Positions 46,718-56,177 of a stretch of DNA of 64,000 nucleotides are shown piece after piece. The stretch is from positions 7,774 to 71,773 of the forward strand of contig PCVW01000010.1 of the NCBI GenBank assembly GCA_002787095.1, written 5' to 3'. A model generated the notes under the pieces. It did not search any database, was not told the DNA's origin, and worked only from the letters and a program-made list of their open reading frames with translations. Within the stretch, counting starts at the first letter, position 1; every line of letters begins with the position of its first letter. This stretch comes from Candidatus Omnitrophica bacterium CG11_big_fil_rev_8_21_14_0_20_64_10. GTDB taxonomy: Bacteria; Omnitrophota; Gorgyraeia; 1-14-0-20-64-10. Position numbers and translations under genes: made by a program.

Positions 46718-47283
46718 GAAGCGGCCGGCGGGGCCGGAAAGGGATAGGTTTGACCGCAATCGGGACAGCGCCAGGCGCCCGGCTTCCCCTCCAGCCGCCG
46801 CCCGCAGCGGCAGACCCATCCGACCGATCGGCCCGGCGCGCCGATCACCAGCCCGTGCTCCGGGACATCCCGGGTCACGACCGCGCCGGCGCCGATCAGC
46901 GCGTAGGCCCCAATCGTGACGCCGCACAGGATGGTCGCGTTGGCGCCGATGGAGGCCCCCCGCCCGACCCGGGTGGCTTGAAATCCGTCCTTCCGCTCGA
47001 TAAAGCTGCGGGGGATCTCGATGTTGGTGAAAACGCAGGCCGGCCCGCAGAAGACCTCCTCCTCCAGGGTGACGCCGCGGTAGACCGACACATTGTTTTG
47101 AATCTTGGTCCGGTCGCCGATCCGGACCCCGTCGGCGACGAAAACATTCTGGCCCAGGATGCAGTCGGACCCGATCACCGCCCCCTGCATGACATGGGTG
47201 AAGTGCCAGATCCGGGTCCCCGCGCCGATCTGCGCGCCGGGATCCACAACCGCGGTCGGATGGACCTGTGCCGCTGCGCTCAT
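46714..47283 (-). CDS. hexapeptide-repeat acetyltransferase (WbpD/PglD-like LbH N-acetyltransferase candidate)
   Basis: Hexapeptide repeats (IGAGTRIWHFTHVMQGAVIGSDCILGQNVFVADGVRIGD...) and a C-terminal Cys4 cluster (CRCG...CPDC). ATG at 47283-47281 in an ATGA overlap. Confidence 0.75.
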   Translation of the reverse strand: MSAAAQVHPTAVVDPGAQIGAGTRIWHFTHVMQGAVIGSDCILGQNVFVADGVRIGDRTKIQNNVSVYRGVTLEEEVFCGPACVFTNIEIPRSFIERKDGFQATRVGRGASIGANATILCGVTIGAYALIGAGAVVTRDVPEHGLVIGAPGRSVGWVCRCGRRLEGKPGAWRCPDCGQTYPFPAPPAAS

Positions 47284-48314
47284 GCGGCGGCGATCGCCTC
47301 CTCCGCTCCCGCCCGGTCGAGGGAGCGCTGGGCCGCCTCCAGAACCCGGATCACCTGAAGCCCTTCCTGGCCGCCGCTTCGGGGCGTTTGCCCGCTCCGG
47401 ATGCAGCCGAGGAAATGAGCGCATTCGATCCGGAGCGGTTCAACCGCCGGCAGCCGGGGGGCCTGAATCTCTCCGAAACGGAGGGTCAGGGCGTCGACCG
47501 TCCCGGCGCCCGGAATCGGCTCGCTGACCCCCTTGTCGTAGATGCGCAGTTTTTCGGCCGGTTCCATGTCGTCGAAGACCGCCATCTTCCGCCGCCCGAC
47601 GAGGGTCAGCCGCCGGATCTTGTTCGGATCCAGCCAGCTCAGATGGAGTTGGGCCATTCGGCCGGACGCAAAGGAGAGCCAGACGAAGACCACATCGACG
47701 ACCCCGTCCCGCAGAAAGGAATGTCCGAAGGCCTGCACCCGGACCGGGGATTCTCCGAGCAGGTGGAGGGCCATCGAAACATCGTGTGGTCCGAAACACC
47801 AGAGGGCGTTCTCATCGGTTCGAATCGTCCCCAGGTTGACCCGCTGCGAGTAGAGATACAGGATCTCCCCCAGTTCTCCGGCCCGGACGAGGGTCCGGAG
47901 CCGTTCGATCGCCGGGTGGTAAAGCATCAAATGGCCGACCATCAGGAGCCGGCCGGTCCGCTCGGCCAATTCGACCGTCGCTTCGGCGTCGGACAGATTC
48001 AGCGCCAACGGTTTTTCGACGAAGACCGCCTTGCCCCGGTTCAGCGCCGCCTGCGCCAGCGAAGCGTGCGCGCCGGCGTGGGAAGCGATCACGATCCCTT
48101 CGATGGTCCGGTCGTCCAGCAGGGTCTCCGCCTCGCCGGTCAGCCGCAGTTGGGGGGCCCGCCTCCGAAAAGGGGTCAGCCGCTCGGGCCGTTGATCGCA
48201 GAGGGCGACCACCTCGGCCCCTTCTATCTCCAGGAGGGTTCGGGCAATGTTGCTTCCCCAGGGGCCCAGCCCCACGCAGCCGATCCGGACGGTCCGGGCC
48301 GATTCAGGCGGCAT
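47280..48314 (-). CDS. Gfo/Idh/MocA-family oxidoreductase (WbpB-like NDP-sugar dehydrogenase candidate)
   Basis: VRIGCVGLGPWGSNIARTL...AVFVEKPLALNL; ATG at 48314-48312. Confidence 0.85.
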   Translation of the reverse strand: MPPESARTVRIGCVGLGPWGSNIARTLLEIEGAEVVALCDQRPERLTPFRRRAPQLRLTGEAETLLDDRTIEGIVIASHAGAHASLAQAALNRGKAVFVEKPLALNLSDAEATVELAERTGRLLMVGHLMLYHPAIERLRTLVRAGELGEILYLYSQRVNLGTIRTDENALWCFGPHDVSMALHLLGESPVRVQAFGHSFLRDGVVDVVFVWLSFASGRMAQLHLSWLDPNKIRRLTLVGRRKMAVFDDMEPAEKLRIYDKGVSEPIPGAGTVDALTLRFGEIQAPRLPAVEPLRIECAHFLGCIRSGQTPRSGGQEGLQVIRVLEAAQRSLDRAGAEEAIAAA

Positions 48315-49200
48315 CGCGGCCCTGCTCCCATTCGAACAGCGCGGTCAGGCCGGCCTCCAGATTCCGAAATGGGGGCACGCTGGCTTGGCGGAGTTTCCGG
48401 CAATCCATCCGGACCTGAAGGGGCCGGGCGGCCCGCTGCTTAAGTTCAACGGTCTTCAACGGTTTCAGCAAGTTGAGGTCCAAGTTAAAGCGGCGACAGA
48501 CCTGTTCCGAGAGGGTTCTCCGATCGACGAAATCGGGTCCCGCCGCGTGAAAGATTCCCGTATCCCCTTGTTGGAGTAAGAATTGCGTTGCTTTTGCGAC
48601 ATCCTCAGTATAGGTGGGGGTCCCCCATTGGTCAATGGGGATCGAGGCCGGCTCCCCCGCCCGCAGCCGATCCACCAGCCGAAGGATGAAGTTTTTTCGG
48701 ACCGGGTCCGGTCCGAACAGCCAGGCGGTCCGGAGGATCAGATGCCGGTCCGGCAGGAGCGTTCGGATCGCGGCCTCCCCATCCGCTTTGGAGCGGGCAT
48801 ACTGATTGAGCGGAATGATCGGATCGGTTTCCCGATAGGGTTCCCCCTTCCGGCCGTTAAAGAGGTAGTCGGTTGAAAAATAAACCAAACGCTTCAGCCG
48901 GTCCCGGCCGGCTTCGGCAATGCGCCGGGGGGTGCCGGCGTTGATCTGATGACAAACAGTCGGCTCCGATTCGGCGCCGTCCACATTGCAATAGGCCCCC
49001 GCGATCAGGATCTGATCGGGACGCAGCATTTTGACGGCCCGAACGGCTCCCTCCGGGTCCCGCAGGTCGATGGGGTGCTGACCCGGCGCCCGGTGATGGC
49101 AGGCCGATTCCAGGACCTCCTCTCCGGCCGCCCGCAGCAGCCGGACCAGTTGCCGGCCCAATTGGCCGGAGGCGCCGATGACCAGCGAACGCCCCGGCAT
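48304..49200 (-). CDS. RmlD-like NDP-4-keto-6-deoxyhexose reductase (dTDP-4-dehydrorhamnose reductase family)
   Basis: LVIGASGQLGRQL...YFSTDYLFNG...PLNQYARSK (YxxxK). ATG at 49200-49198 in a TGATG overlap. Confidence 0.75.
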   Translation of the reverse strand: MPGRSLVIGASGQLGRQLVRLLRAAGEEVLESACHHRAPGQHPIDLRDPEGAVRAVKMLRPDQILIAGAYCNVDGAESEPTVCHQINAGTPRRIAEAGRDRLKRLVYFSTDYLFNGRKGEPYRETDPIIPLNQYARSKADGEAAIRTLLPDRHLILRTAWLFGPDPVRKNFILRLVDRLRAGEPASIPIDQWGTPTYTEDVAKATQFLLQQGDTGIFHAAGPDFVDRRTLSEQVCRRFNLDLNLLKPLKTVELKQRAARPLQVRMDCRKLRQASVPPFRNLEAGLTALFEWEQGRDAA

Positions 49201-50438
49201 CAGATCACCCGGGGAGCGGGAATCGGGATCAGGAACCGGCCTCCTCCGGCCCGGAAGGATTCCATCTGCCGAACGATCTCCTCCTGAAAGTTCCAGGCCA
49301 GAATCACCAGATGGGTGATGCCGTTCGGATTCCAGCCTTCGGGAGAGCGGACCGGCAGATGGGTTCCGGGGGTCCATAGTCCCTGCTTGTGGGGCGAGCG
49401 GTCCAGCACACAGACCAGCCGGGCGGCCGCTTCGGGGCAGAAATTGAGGAGGGTGTTCGCCTTGGCTGCCGCCCCGTAGCCGGCCAGCCGCCCGCCCGAC
49501 TCGGCGATCCTCTGAACCAGCGATTCAAACCTTCCCTTCCAGCGCCGGACGCGGCCCGCGAAACGATTGAAGGCGGCCGGATCGGTCAGTTTGAGTTTCC
49601 TTTCCGCCGCCAGCAGGGTCTTGAGATTCGAAGTGGGACGGCCGCTCCCTTTGCGCTGCAGGGTCATCAGGATCGACCCGCCGTGCAGCGCCACCGGCTC
49701 CGCCTCGATCAATTGGAAGCCGGTCATCTCGGCCAACCGGGCGATCGGCGCCAGGGCGATATAGGAGAGGTGCTCATGGTAGATCGTGTCGAATTCGTCC
49801 GCTTCCAGCAAGTTCTTCAGGTACGGCACCTCGATCAGGAGGACCCCATCCGGGGTCAGAAAATGGTCGGCGGCGGCCATGAAATCGTGCCAGTCGTCGA
49901 TGTGGGCAAAAACATGGCGTCCCAGCAGGACCCGGGCCTGCTTCCCTTTTTCCTTCCCGGAGAGGATCTTCCGGACCGTTTTGGCGCAGAAGAATTCCGA
50001 GACCGTCGGAACGCCTCGGGCCTGCGCGATCCGGGCCAGGTTCCGGGCCGGCTCGATCCCCAGCACCTGGGTCCCGAGCCCCTGAAAGGCCTTCAGGATC
50101 AGGCCGTCGTTGCTCCCCAATTCGGCGACCCGGTCCTCCGGGCCCAACCGATAGCGGGCGCAGATGCGGGCCGCCAGCGTGCTGGCGTAGACCCGGACCG
50201 CGTCGGAGGTGGAGGAGACATACAGGTAATTGCGGTACAGCTGCTCCGGAGGAACTGTTTCGGTCAGCTGGACCAGTCCGCAATCGGGACAGCCGGCAAC
50301 CGCCAGCGGGAAACGGGGCTCCTTCTTGAAATCGGATCGGTTCTTGAGAAAGGCATTGGCCAACGACATCGGTCCCAGATCCAGGAACGGTTCGGGGAGT
50401 TGGGTTTGGCAGATGCGGCAACGGGTATGGGCAGACAC
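49200..50438 (-). CDS. NDP-hexose C-methyltransferase (TylC3/NovU family), copy 2
   Basis: Zinc ribbon CRICQT...LANAFL...CPDC; ELGSNDG motif I; C-terminal C-methyltransferase domain (LAWNFQEEI). GTG start at 50438-50436. Confidence 0.8.
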   Translation of the reverse strand: MSAHTRCRICQTQLPEPFLDLGPMSLANAFLKNRSDFKKEPRFPLAVAGCPDCGLVQLTETVPPEQLYRNYLYVSSTSDAVRVYASTLAARICARYRLGPEDRVAELGSNDGLILKAFQGLGTQVLGIEPARNLARIAQARGVPTVSEFFCAKTVRKILSGKEKGKQARVLLGRHVFAHIDDWHDFMAAADHFLTPDGVLLIEVPYLKNLLEADEFDTIYHEHLSYIALAPIARLAEMTGFQLIEAEPVALHGGSILMTLQRKGSGRPTSNLKTLLAAERKLKLTDPAAFNRFAGRVRRWKGRFESLVQRIAESGGRLAGYGAAAKANTLLNFCPEAAARLVCVLDRSPHKQGLWTPGTHLPVRSPEGWNPNGITHLVILAWNFQEEIVRQMESFRAGGGRFLIPIPAPRVI

Positions 50439-50446
50439 GGATCGGC

Positions 50447-50896
50447 TCAGCGGTGCTGGATCCGCCAGTCGTACGGGATTGCGCCGCTCGCCGGATCGAG
50501 GCGCTCGATCTCATCCGGATCATGGGGAATCGTCGCGCAGTTGGCCACGATCGCCGGGGTCGTTCCCATCCCCTTGAAGCCGTTCCAGATGAAGGGGGGG
50601 ACCTGCACCAGCTGGTATTGGGACTCCCCGAGGAAGACCTCCTGGATCTCCCCGCGGCTCCTGGAGTCGGGCCGGTCGTCGTACAGCGCCAGCTTGATCA
50701 TCCCGACCGGCACCGCGTAGTTGATCGTCATCCGGGAATGTTTGTGCCATCCCTTGACGACCCCGGGATAGACGGAGGAGAAATAAATTTCCCCGAATTT
50801 CTCAAAATGGGGATCGGTCGCCTTCAGCATGTGCATGACCCGGCCCCGTTCGTCCGGGATCACCTTGAGCGGGATGATCCGCACCCCCTCGATCAT
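50447..50896 (-). CDS. RmlC-like cupin (NDP-4-keto-6-deoxyhexose 3,5-epimerase family)
   Basis: [18 protein letters not shown]...KGWHKH, an RmlC-type fold. ATG at 50896-50894 in an ATGA overlap. Confidence 0.7.
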   Translation of the reverse strand: MIEGVRIIPLKVIPDERGRVMHMLKATDPHFEKFGEIYFSSVYPGVVKGWHKHSRMTINYAVPVGMIKLALYDDRPDSRSRGEIQEVFLGESQYQLVQVPPFIWNGFKGMGTTPAIVANCATIPHDPDEIERLDPASGAIPYDWRIQHR

Positions 50897-51930
50897 CGGG
50901 TCTCCCGGGCCTCGCTGGCCGATTCCTCGGCGGCGAAGAAGCGTTCGTACCAGGTGATCGTGCGGCGCATCCCCTGCTCCAGCGAGAAGAGCGGTTCCCA
51001 ACCGAGCCGCTTCCGGGCTTTTTCGGCGTCCAAATACTGATGGGGAATCTCGTGCGTCGCCTCGTTGCGGATGTCGAGGGAGAGGTCGCGGCGGTCCATC
51101 CATCGAGCGATTTGCTCCGCGATTTCCAGGACCGACAGCGGCTGCTCGTTGCTGAAGTTGAAGGCCTCCCCCGCCAGCGCGCGGTCCTGAATCAGATGCT
51201 GGGCGAGCGTCAGGTACGCGGCCGCCCCGTCTTCAACGTAAAAATAGTCCCGGGTCATCGTGCCGTCCGATCGGATCACCGGACGCTCCCCGCGGATCAG
51301 GGAGCGGATCGTTCCGGGAACGATCCGGTTCCAGTTCAGGTCTCCGCCCCCGTAAAGGTTGCCGCAGCGGGCGATCGCGACCGGCAGCTTCCAGGTGGCC
51401 GCGTAGCTTTGCGCGATCAGGTCGGCGCAGGACTTGCTGACATCGTAGGGATGCCGGCCGGCCATCGGAGCGTCTTCCCGGTAAGGCAGTCCGCTCTGTT
51501 CCCCGTAGGCTTTGTCGGAAGAAGCCAGGACGATCCCTTCGATCCGGGGGGAGCGCCGGGCCGCTTCCAGCAGGGACCAGGAGCCCCGAATGTTGCTCTC
51601 GAAGGTGGAGACGGGGTTCCGGTTGGCGATCGGGACGATGGTTTGGGCCGCCAGATGAAAGACCGCGCTGACCTCGTACTCCCCCAGGACCCGCTCCATC
51701 AAGGGTTGGTCCTGGAGCTGCCCGCGGACCACCCGAACCCGGTCCAGAAGCCCCTCCCGAACCAGCGGGCTTTGCGGCACCCAATCCCGGATCAGCGCCA
51801 CGACATCGGCGCCGGCTTCCAGCAGGCGCCGGACCAGCCACCCCCCCTGCAGGCCGGCCCCGCCGGTCACGAGGACCGAACGGTCCCGCCAGAAGGTTTT
51901 GGAAGAAGGGGTCGGGGCGGCCGGCGGCAT
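50893..51930 (-). CDS. rfbG: CDP-glucose 4,6-dehydratase-like SDR
   Basis: [20 protein letters not shown] (compare FWxGKxVFVTGHTGFKGSWL), SDKAYG, YDVSK and [10 protein letters not shown]...RIVP blocks typical of RfbG/DdhB. ATG at 51930-51928. Confidence 0.8.
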   Translation of the reverse strand: MPPAAPTPSSKTFWRDRSVLVTGGAGLQGGWLVRRLLEAGADVVALIRDWVPQSPLVREGLLDRVRVVRGQLQDQPLMERVLGEYEVSAVFHLAAQTIVPIANRNPVSTFESNIRGSWSLLEAARRSPRIEGIVLASSDKAYGEQSGLPYREDAPMAGRHPYDVSKSCADLIAQSYAATWKLPVAIARCGNLYGGGDLNWNRIVPGTIRSLIRGERPVIRSDGTMTRDYFYVEDGAAAYLTLAQHLIQDRALAGEAFNFSNEQPLSVLEIAEQIARWMDRRDLSLDIRNEATHEIPHQYLDAEKARKRLGWEPLFSLEQGMRRTITWYERFFAAEESASEARETR

Positions 51931-51933
51931 CGT

Positions 51934-52767
51934 TCAATCCGGAAAGTGGCTCAGCCCGATCGGCTTGAAGGCGACACAGAACAGTTCCTCTGAAAGATAG
52001 TTTCGGATTCCCCACGCCTCGGTGGAGAGGAACTCCATCAACGCGCCGTCGCCGAAGCGGCGCAGCGGCGCGTAATAAAAGCGGTAGTTGAGAAAGCCGG
52101 CCGACAGCAGCGTTCGGGTGAGGCGCCGTTTCGTCGTCAGCCCGATGTGCTGGGGATCGTCCGAACCGGGCCCCTGGGAGATGCAGTAGCGCATCGGGTT
52201 CTGAAAACGCAGGAGCCCCCGCAGCCGTTTGAACCCAAGGGCCAGCTCGAGATACGCGAGGTTCGGCGTCTTGATCACCAGCGGCGCGCCGGGCTTGAGG
52301 ACCCGCAGCGCCTCCTGAAAGGCGGGAAGCTTCTCGGCGTCGGTGATGTGTTCCAGGAAATCGCCGGAGATGGCCGCGTCGAAATGGTTGTCCGGGAAGT
52401 CCAGTTTCCGGACATCGGCGCAGCGGGCCTCCCCGGTGATCCCGAACCGCCTGAGGTTCCCGTTGGCCTTCTCGACCTGCTTGGGATCCAGGTCGGCCCC
52501 GTAAACGGCCGCTCCCTGGAGGCCGCAATAGATCATCATCGCGCCGTCGGCGCAGCCCATGTCGAAGATCTGCTGTCCCGGCCGGGGATTCAGCAGATGG
52601 AGGGCGAAATCCTTGAGCCGGAGGAAATCCAGGTTCTTGCGGCACTTCCCGTGCTTGTGGTCGGCCCCCCGAACATCGGTGTCGTTGAGATAGAAGTAGC
52701 CCTTCAGCCAGCCGTCTTCCGGATAGCGGTCCCGGGGGGGCGGAGGGTTCAGCAGGGTACCCGGCAT
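51934..52767 (-). CDS. class I SAM-dependent methyltransferase (MT7)
   Basis: IFDMGCADGAMM motif I; ATG at 52767-52765. Confidence 0.75.
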   Translation of the reverse strand: MPGTLLNPPPPRDRYPEDGWLKGYFYLNDTDVRGADHKHGKCRKNLDFLRLKDFALHLLNPRPGQQIFDMGCADGAMMIYCGLQGAAVYGADLDPKQVEKANGNLRRFGITGEARCADVRKLDFPDNHFDAAISGDFLEHITDAEKLPAFQEALRVLKPGAPLVIKTPNLAYLELALGFKRLRGLLRFQNPMRYCISQGPGSDDPQHIGLTTKRRLTRTLLSAGFLNYRFYYAPLRRFGDGALMEFLSTEAWGIRNYLSEELFCVAFKPIGLSHFPD

Positions 52768-52768
52768 C

Positions 52769-53562
52769 TCAGCGCCACCGTTTCCAGGGAGCCCGCCCCG
52801 AGTCCCACAGATCGTTCAGCAGCTTGTATTCCCGGTAGGTGTCCATCGGCTGCCAGAAGCCGGTATGGGGATAAACCATCAGCTCTCCGTCCTGGGCCAG
52901 CCGCTGCAGCGGCTCCCGCTCCAGGACCAGGTCGGCGTCCGGCCGGATGTAGTCGGTCAGGAAGCGGCGGTTGAAAACGAAGAATCCGCCGTTGATCATT
53001 CCCTGCGTGGTCTGGGGTTTCTCATTGAATTGAACGACCCGTCCGTCGGCGCTCATCTCCATCTCGCCGAACCGGCCGGGCGGCCGGACCCCCGTGACGG
53101 TCGCGGTCTTGCCGTGCCGGCGGTGGAACGCCAGCAGGGCGGCCAGGTCGATGTCCCCCAGGCCGTCCCCGTAGGTCAGGCAGAAGGTCTCCTCTTGGAG
53201 ATACGACCCTCCCCGTCCCACCCGGCCTCCGGTCTGGGTGTTCAGGCCGGTCTCAACGAGGGTGACCTCCCAATTCTCCTCCGGGGGATTGCCGTGGTAA
53301 ACCGGCGGTTTCCCGTCCCCGAGGGTCAGCGTCATGTCTGACTGATGGGACCGGTAATTCAGAAAGAACTCCCGAATCACCTGCCCCTTGTACCCCAGGC
53401 AGAGGACGAACCGGGTCCATCCGAAGCTGGCGTACAGCTTCATGATGTGCCAGAGAATCGGCCGTCCTCCGATCTCCAGCATCGGTTTGGGCCGGAACTC
53501 CGTCTCTTCGTGCAGGCGGCTGCCGAGCCCCCCGCAAAGAATCATAACAGCTGGTTTGGACA
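52769..53562 (-). CDS. rfbF: glucose-1-phosphate cytidylyltransferase
   Basis: MSKPAVMILCGGLGSRLHEETEFRPKPMLEIGGRPILWHIMKLY...TYGDG...ATVTGVRPPGRFG...MINGGFFVF...GFWQPMDT is near-collinear with RfbF/DdhA. ATG checked at about 53562. Confidence 0.9.
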
Positions 53563-54750
53563 TGATTTGGCGCTTTCGATGAGCTGCCGGTAGACAGACT
53601 GGTATTTTCTCACACCTTGCCCCAAATCGAAACAGGACTCTGCGGCCCGCCGGCAGCGGGCCCAGAGCGTTTCCCCTTCCGCCAGCAGGGCCAGCAGCTC
53701 TCGGGCGGCCCGGTTCAGAGCGGCCTCCGAGCAGTCGGAGAGGACCACCCCCACCCGCCCTTCCCCGATCAGGCGGTCGCAGTCGCCGATCCCGGCGGTC
53801 ACCACGACCGGCAGGCCGCAGGCGAGGGATTCCCCGATTTTGGTGGGGCAGGAAGCCGTTTTGGAGGAGACCGGCCGAATCAGGCAGAGGGAGGCGTCCG
53901 CGCCGGCCAGCGCGCCGGCCACCTGATCGTGCGAGAGGATCCGCACCGTCACCGCGCTTGAGTCCAGACCGGCGATCGCCGTTTCGATCTGCGGGTCCGG
54001 ACGGGGAGAGAGGATCTCCCATCGGGTGTCCGGCCGAAGTCGTCGGACCGCCCGAAAGAAATCGGCCATTTCCGGCAGCAGGTAGGCTCCCCCCGCCGAT
54101 CCGGCATAGACCAGCCGCAGGGGCCCGCCGGCCCGTTTTTGAGCGGGCCTAAAACGCTCCAGGTCGGCGCAGGTCGGAATCACGGTGATTGGCCGGCGGA
54201 TCCCTTCGGTTTGAAACCGCTGCTCCAGGATCTCCCGGCTGCGATCGGTGAGGGTCACGATGTGATCGGCCGCTTCGAAAAAGCGCCGTTCCAGCCGCTT
54301 CGTGATCCGATAGAGCCAGCCGCCGGCTTTCCAGAATCCCCCCTCCACCTTCTCGTCGGGCCAGAAGCCTCGGATGTCGAACAGGAACTTCGACTCAAAC
54401 GGCCGCTTGAGCCAAAGGGCCAAGAGGGCGGCCACATAACTGCGGGCATGCAGAACTTCCGGCGGCCGGTTCCGGCAAGCCCGCCGGACCGTCCACCAGC
54501 CGGCCGCCAGATCCCAGACCGTCGACCCGATCGGGGGCCGCCGATGGTACCGAAGCCGAATCCAGCGGATTCCGGCCTCCCGCAAACGGCGCTCCAAGGA
54601 TTCCGCCTCCGGTTCCCTGCCCGGTTTCTCGAAGCTCACAACGGTCCATCTCCGATCAGGGCCGGTCAGGCGGAACAGATAGGGGAGAATCTGCGACTGG
54701 CCCAACGGATCCAGCAATCCGTCGTAAGAGAGATAAAGCAACCGGGTCAT
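53542..54750 (-). CDS. family-4 glycosyltransferase
   Basis: MTRLLYLSYDGLLDPLGQSQ..., then RLVYAGSAGGAY...KIGESLACGLPVVV. ATG at 54750-54748 in an ATGA overlap; the large track extension is rejected. Confidence 0.8.
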   Translation of the reverse strand: MTRLLYLSYDGLLDPLGQSQILPYLFRLTGPDRRWTVVSFEKPGREPEAESLERRLREAGIRWIRLRYHRRPPIGSTVWDLAAGWWTVRRACRNRPPEVLHARSYVAALLALWLKRPFESKFLFDIRGFWPDEKVEGGFWKAGGWLYRITKRLERRFFEAADHIVTLTDRSREILEQRFQTEGIRRPITVIPTCADLERFRPAQKRAGGPLRLVYAGSAGGAYLLPEMADFFRAVRRLRPDTRWEILSPRPDPQIETAIAGLDSSAVTVRILSHDQVAGALAGADASLCLIRPVSSKTASCPTKIGESLACGLPVVVTAGIGDCDRLIGEGRVGVVLSDCSEAALNRAARELLALLAEGETLWARCRRAAESCFDLGQGVRKYQSVYRQLIESAKSCPNQLL

Positions 54751-56177
54751 CCGTTCAGCGATCGATGGGGAGCCGGCACTGTCGCCGCAGCGGCCGCCGG
54801 GTCTCTCGGAAGCCCGATCATCACCAAAAAGAAGAGCAAGGGCCAGAGAGCGGAACGGTGGCGGAAGAGGGTCCCGACGTTCCCCTCCAGCAAAGCGATC
54901 ATCGTCAGGAAGACGGCGGAGGTGATCGGAATCAAAATCAGTCGGGGGGGGCCATTGCAGCTGCGCCAGAATCCCCGAAAGAGGAAAAAAAGCATCGGGT
55001 ACCAGAGAAGCATCTCCAGCGATCCGGCCAGCTCCCTGGCGGAACGGGCCAGCCACGGGGCCGGCAGGATCAGGGCGGACAGGAGCCCCATCGGAAGGAA
55101 GCCGAGCACCTTTCGCCAACTGTCGATGCGGTATGCCTCGAGGAACGGGGTCTCCGCCTCCATCATCCGGACCCGCCGCAGGTATTCGATCCGTTCGGCA
55201 AGCTGGTCCGGATTCACCGCCAACTCGGCCGCCGGCCGGCCAAACAGCCAGCGGTCCAGCTGCCGGCCGACGCCCGCAGCAACCGATTGAACAGGTCCGT
55301 TCGACCAAAGAAGAAGGGCCGAGAGGCACAAGACACCGGATATCGCCAAGGCCGTCCGGCTTTTCAGCAGCAGCCGCAAGAAAAGATAGCAGCCGAAGGA
55401 GAAAAGCAGCAGAGGGCCGATGAACATGTTGAATTGCTGCAGCAGCCCCATGAACAGCGCGCCGAGCGGCCAGCCCCACCATCGGTTCCTCCCACGGGCC
55501 AGGAGAAAACAGCAGATTCCGGCCAGCACCAGAAAAAGGGAGACCGGTTCCTTGAGGTTCTGCGTCGACCAAAGAAAGAGAGAGGGCCAAAAGGCGGTCA
55601 GGAGGGCCGTCCATCGGGCCTGCCGCTCCGGAAGGAATCGCCGGGCGAGCCAGTAGCTCAAGAGGGCCGACCAGGCGCCGAACAGACAGTTGACAAAGAA
55701 AAGATTCAGCGGATGGTATCCCCCCAGGTAGGTCAGCCAGCCGTTCCACCAGTCGAAGGAGGTCGCCGCCTTCGACATGCTGAAATCCCGCAGCATGGCG
55801 GCGTCCGGAAAGATTCCCCGCCGCCAGTTCTCCGCCAGCCAGTAGCCGTTGTGGGCGTAGACATAACCGTCTCCGACCAGGAAACCGCCGTTTTGAAATT
55901 CGCCGGCCGGACCGGAAATCCAATGGCGGGAACCGGTGCAGTAGAAAAGAAGGGAGGCGAGGACCCGAAGCCCCAGGGCGGCGCCGAAGAGCTTCGGAGA
56001 CCAGGCATCGGAATCGACCCGGCGAATGAGGCCGAAGGAAATCACCGCCAGCGTCGCCAGCCCGATCCAGCCGATCCGGAGGGCCGGCGCGCTGATCCCG
56101 ATCAGCAGAATCAGGAGCAGAAGGGCCGGGATCGCCCGCCGGGCGGCCGGCGGAAGGCTAACCTTTGTCGGGTTCAA
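54747..56177 (-). CDS. polytopic membrane protein, GT-C-like (PMT/ArnT-type) glycosyltransferase candidate
   Basis: About 12 TM segments; first periplasmic loop GDGYVYAHNGYW; large hydrophilic loops. TTG start at 56177-56175 is the only in-frame start. Confidence 0.5.
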   Translation of the reverse strand: MNPTKVSLPPAARRAIPALLLLILLIGISAPALRIGWIGLATLAVISFGLIRRVDSDAWSPKLFGAALGLRVLASLLFYCTGSRHWISGPAGEFQNGGFLVGDGYVYAHNGYWLAENWRRGIFPDAAMLRDFSMSKAATSFDWWNGWLTYLGGYHPLNLFFVNCLFGAWSALLSYWLARRFLPERQARWTALLTAFWPSLFLWSTQNLKEPVSLFLVLAGICCFLLARGRNRWWGWPLGALFMGLLQQFNMFIGPLLLFSFGCYLFLRLLLKSRTALAISGVLCLSALLLWSNGPVQSVAAGVGRQLDRWLFGRPAAELAVNPDQLAERIEYLRRVRMMEAETPFLEAYRIDSWRKVLGFLPMGLLSALILPAPWLARSARELAGSLEMLLWYPMLFFLFRGFWRSCNGPPRLILIPITSAVFLTMIALLEGNVGTLFRHRSALWPLLFFLVMIGLPRDPAAAAATVPAPHRSLNG

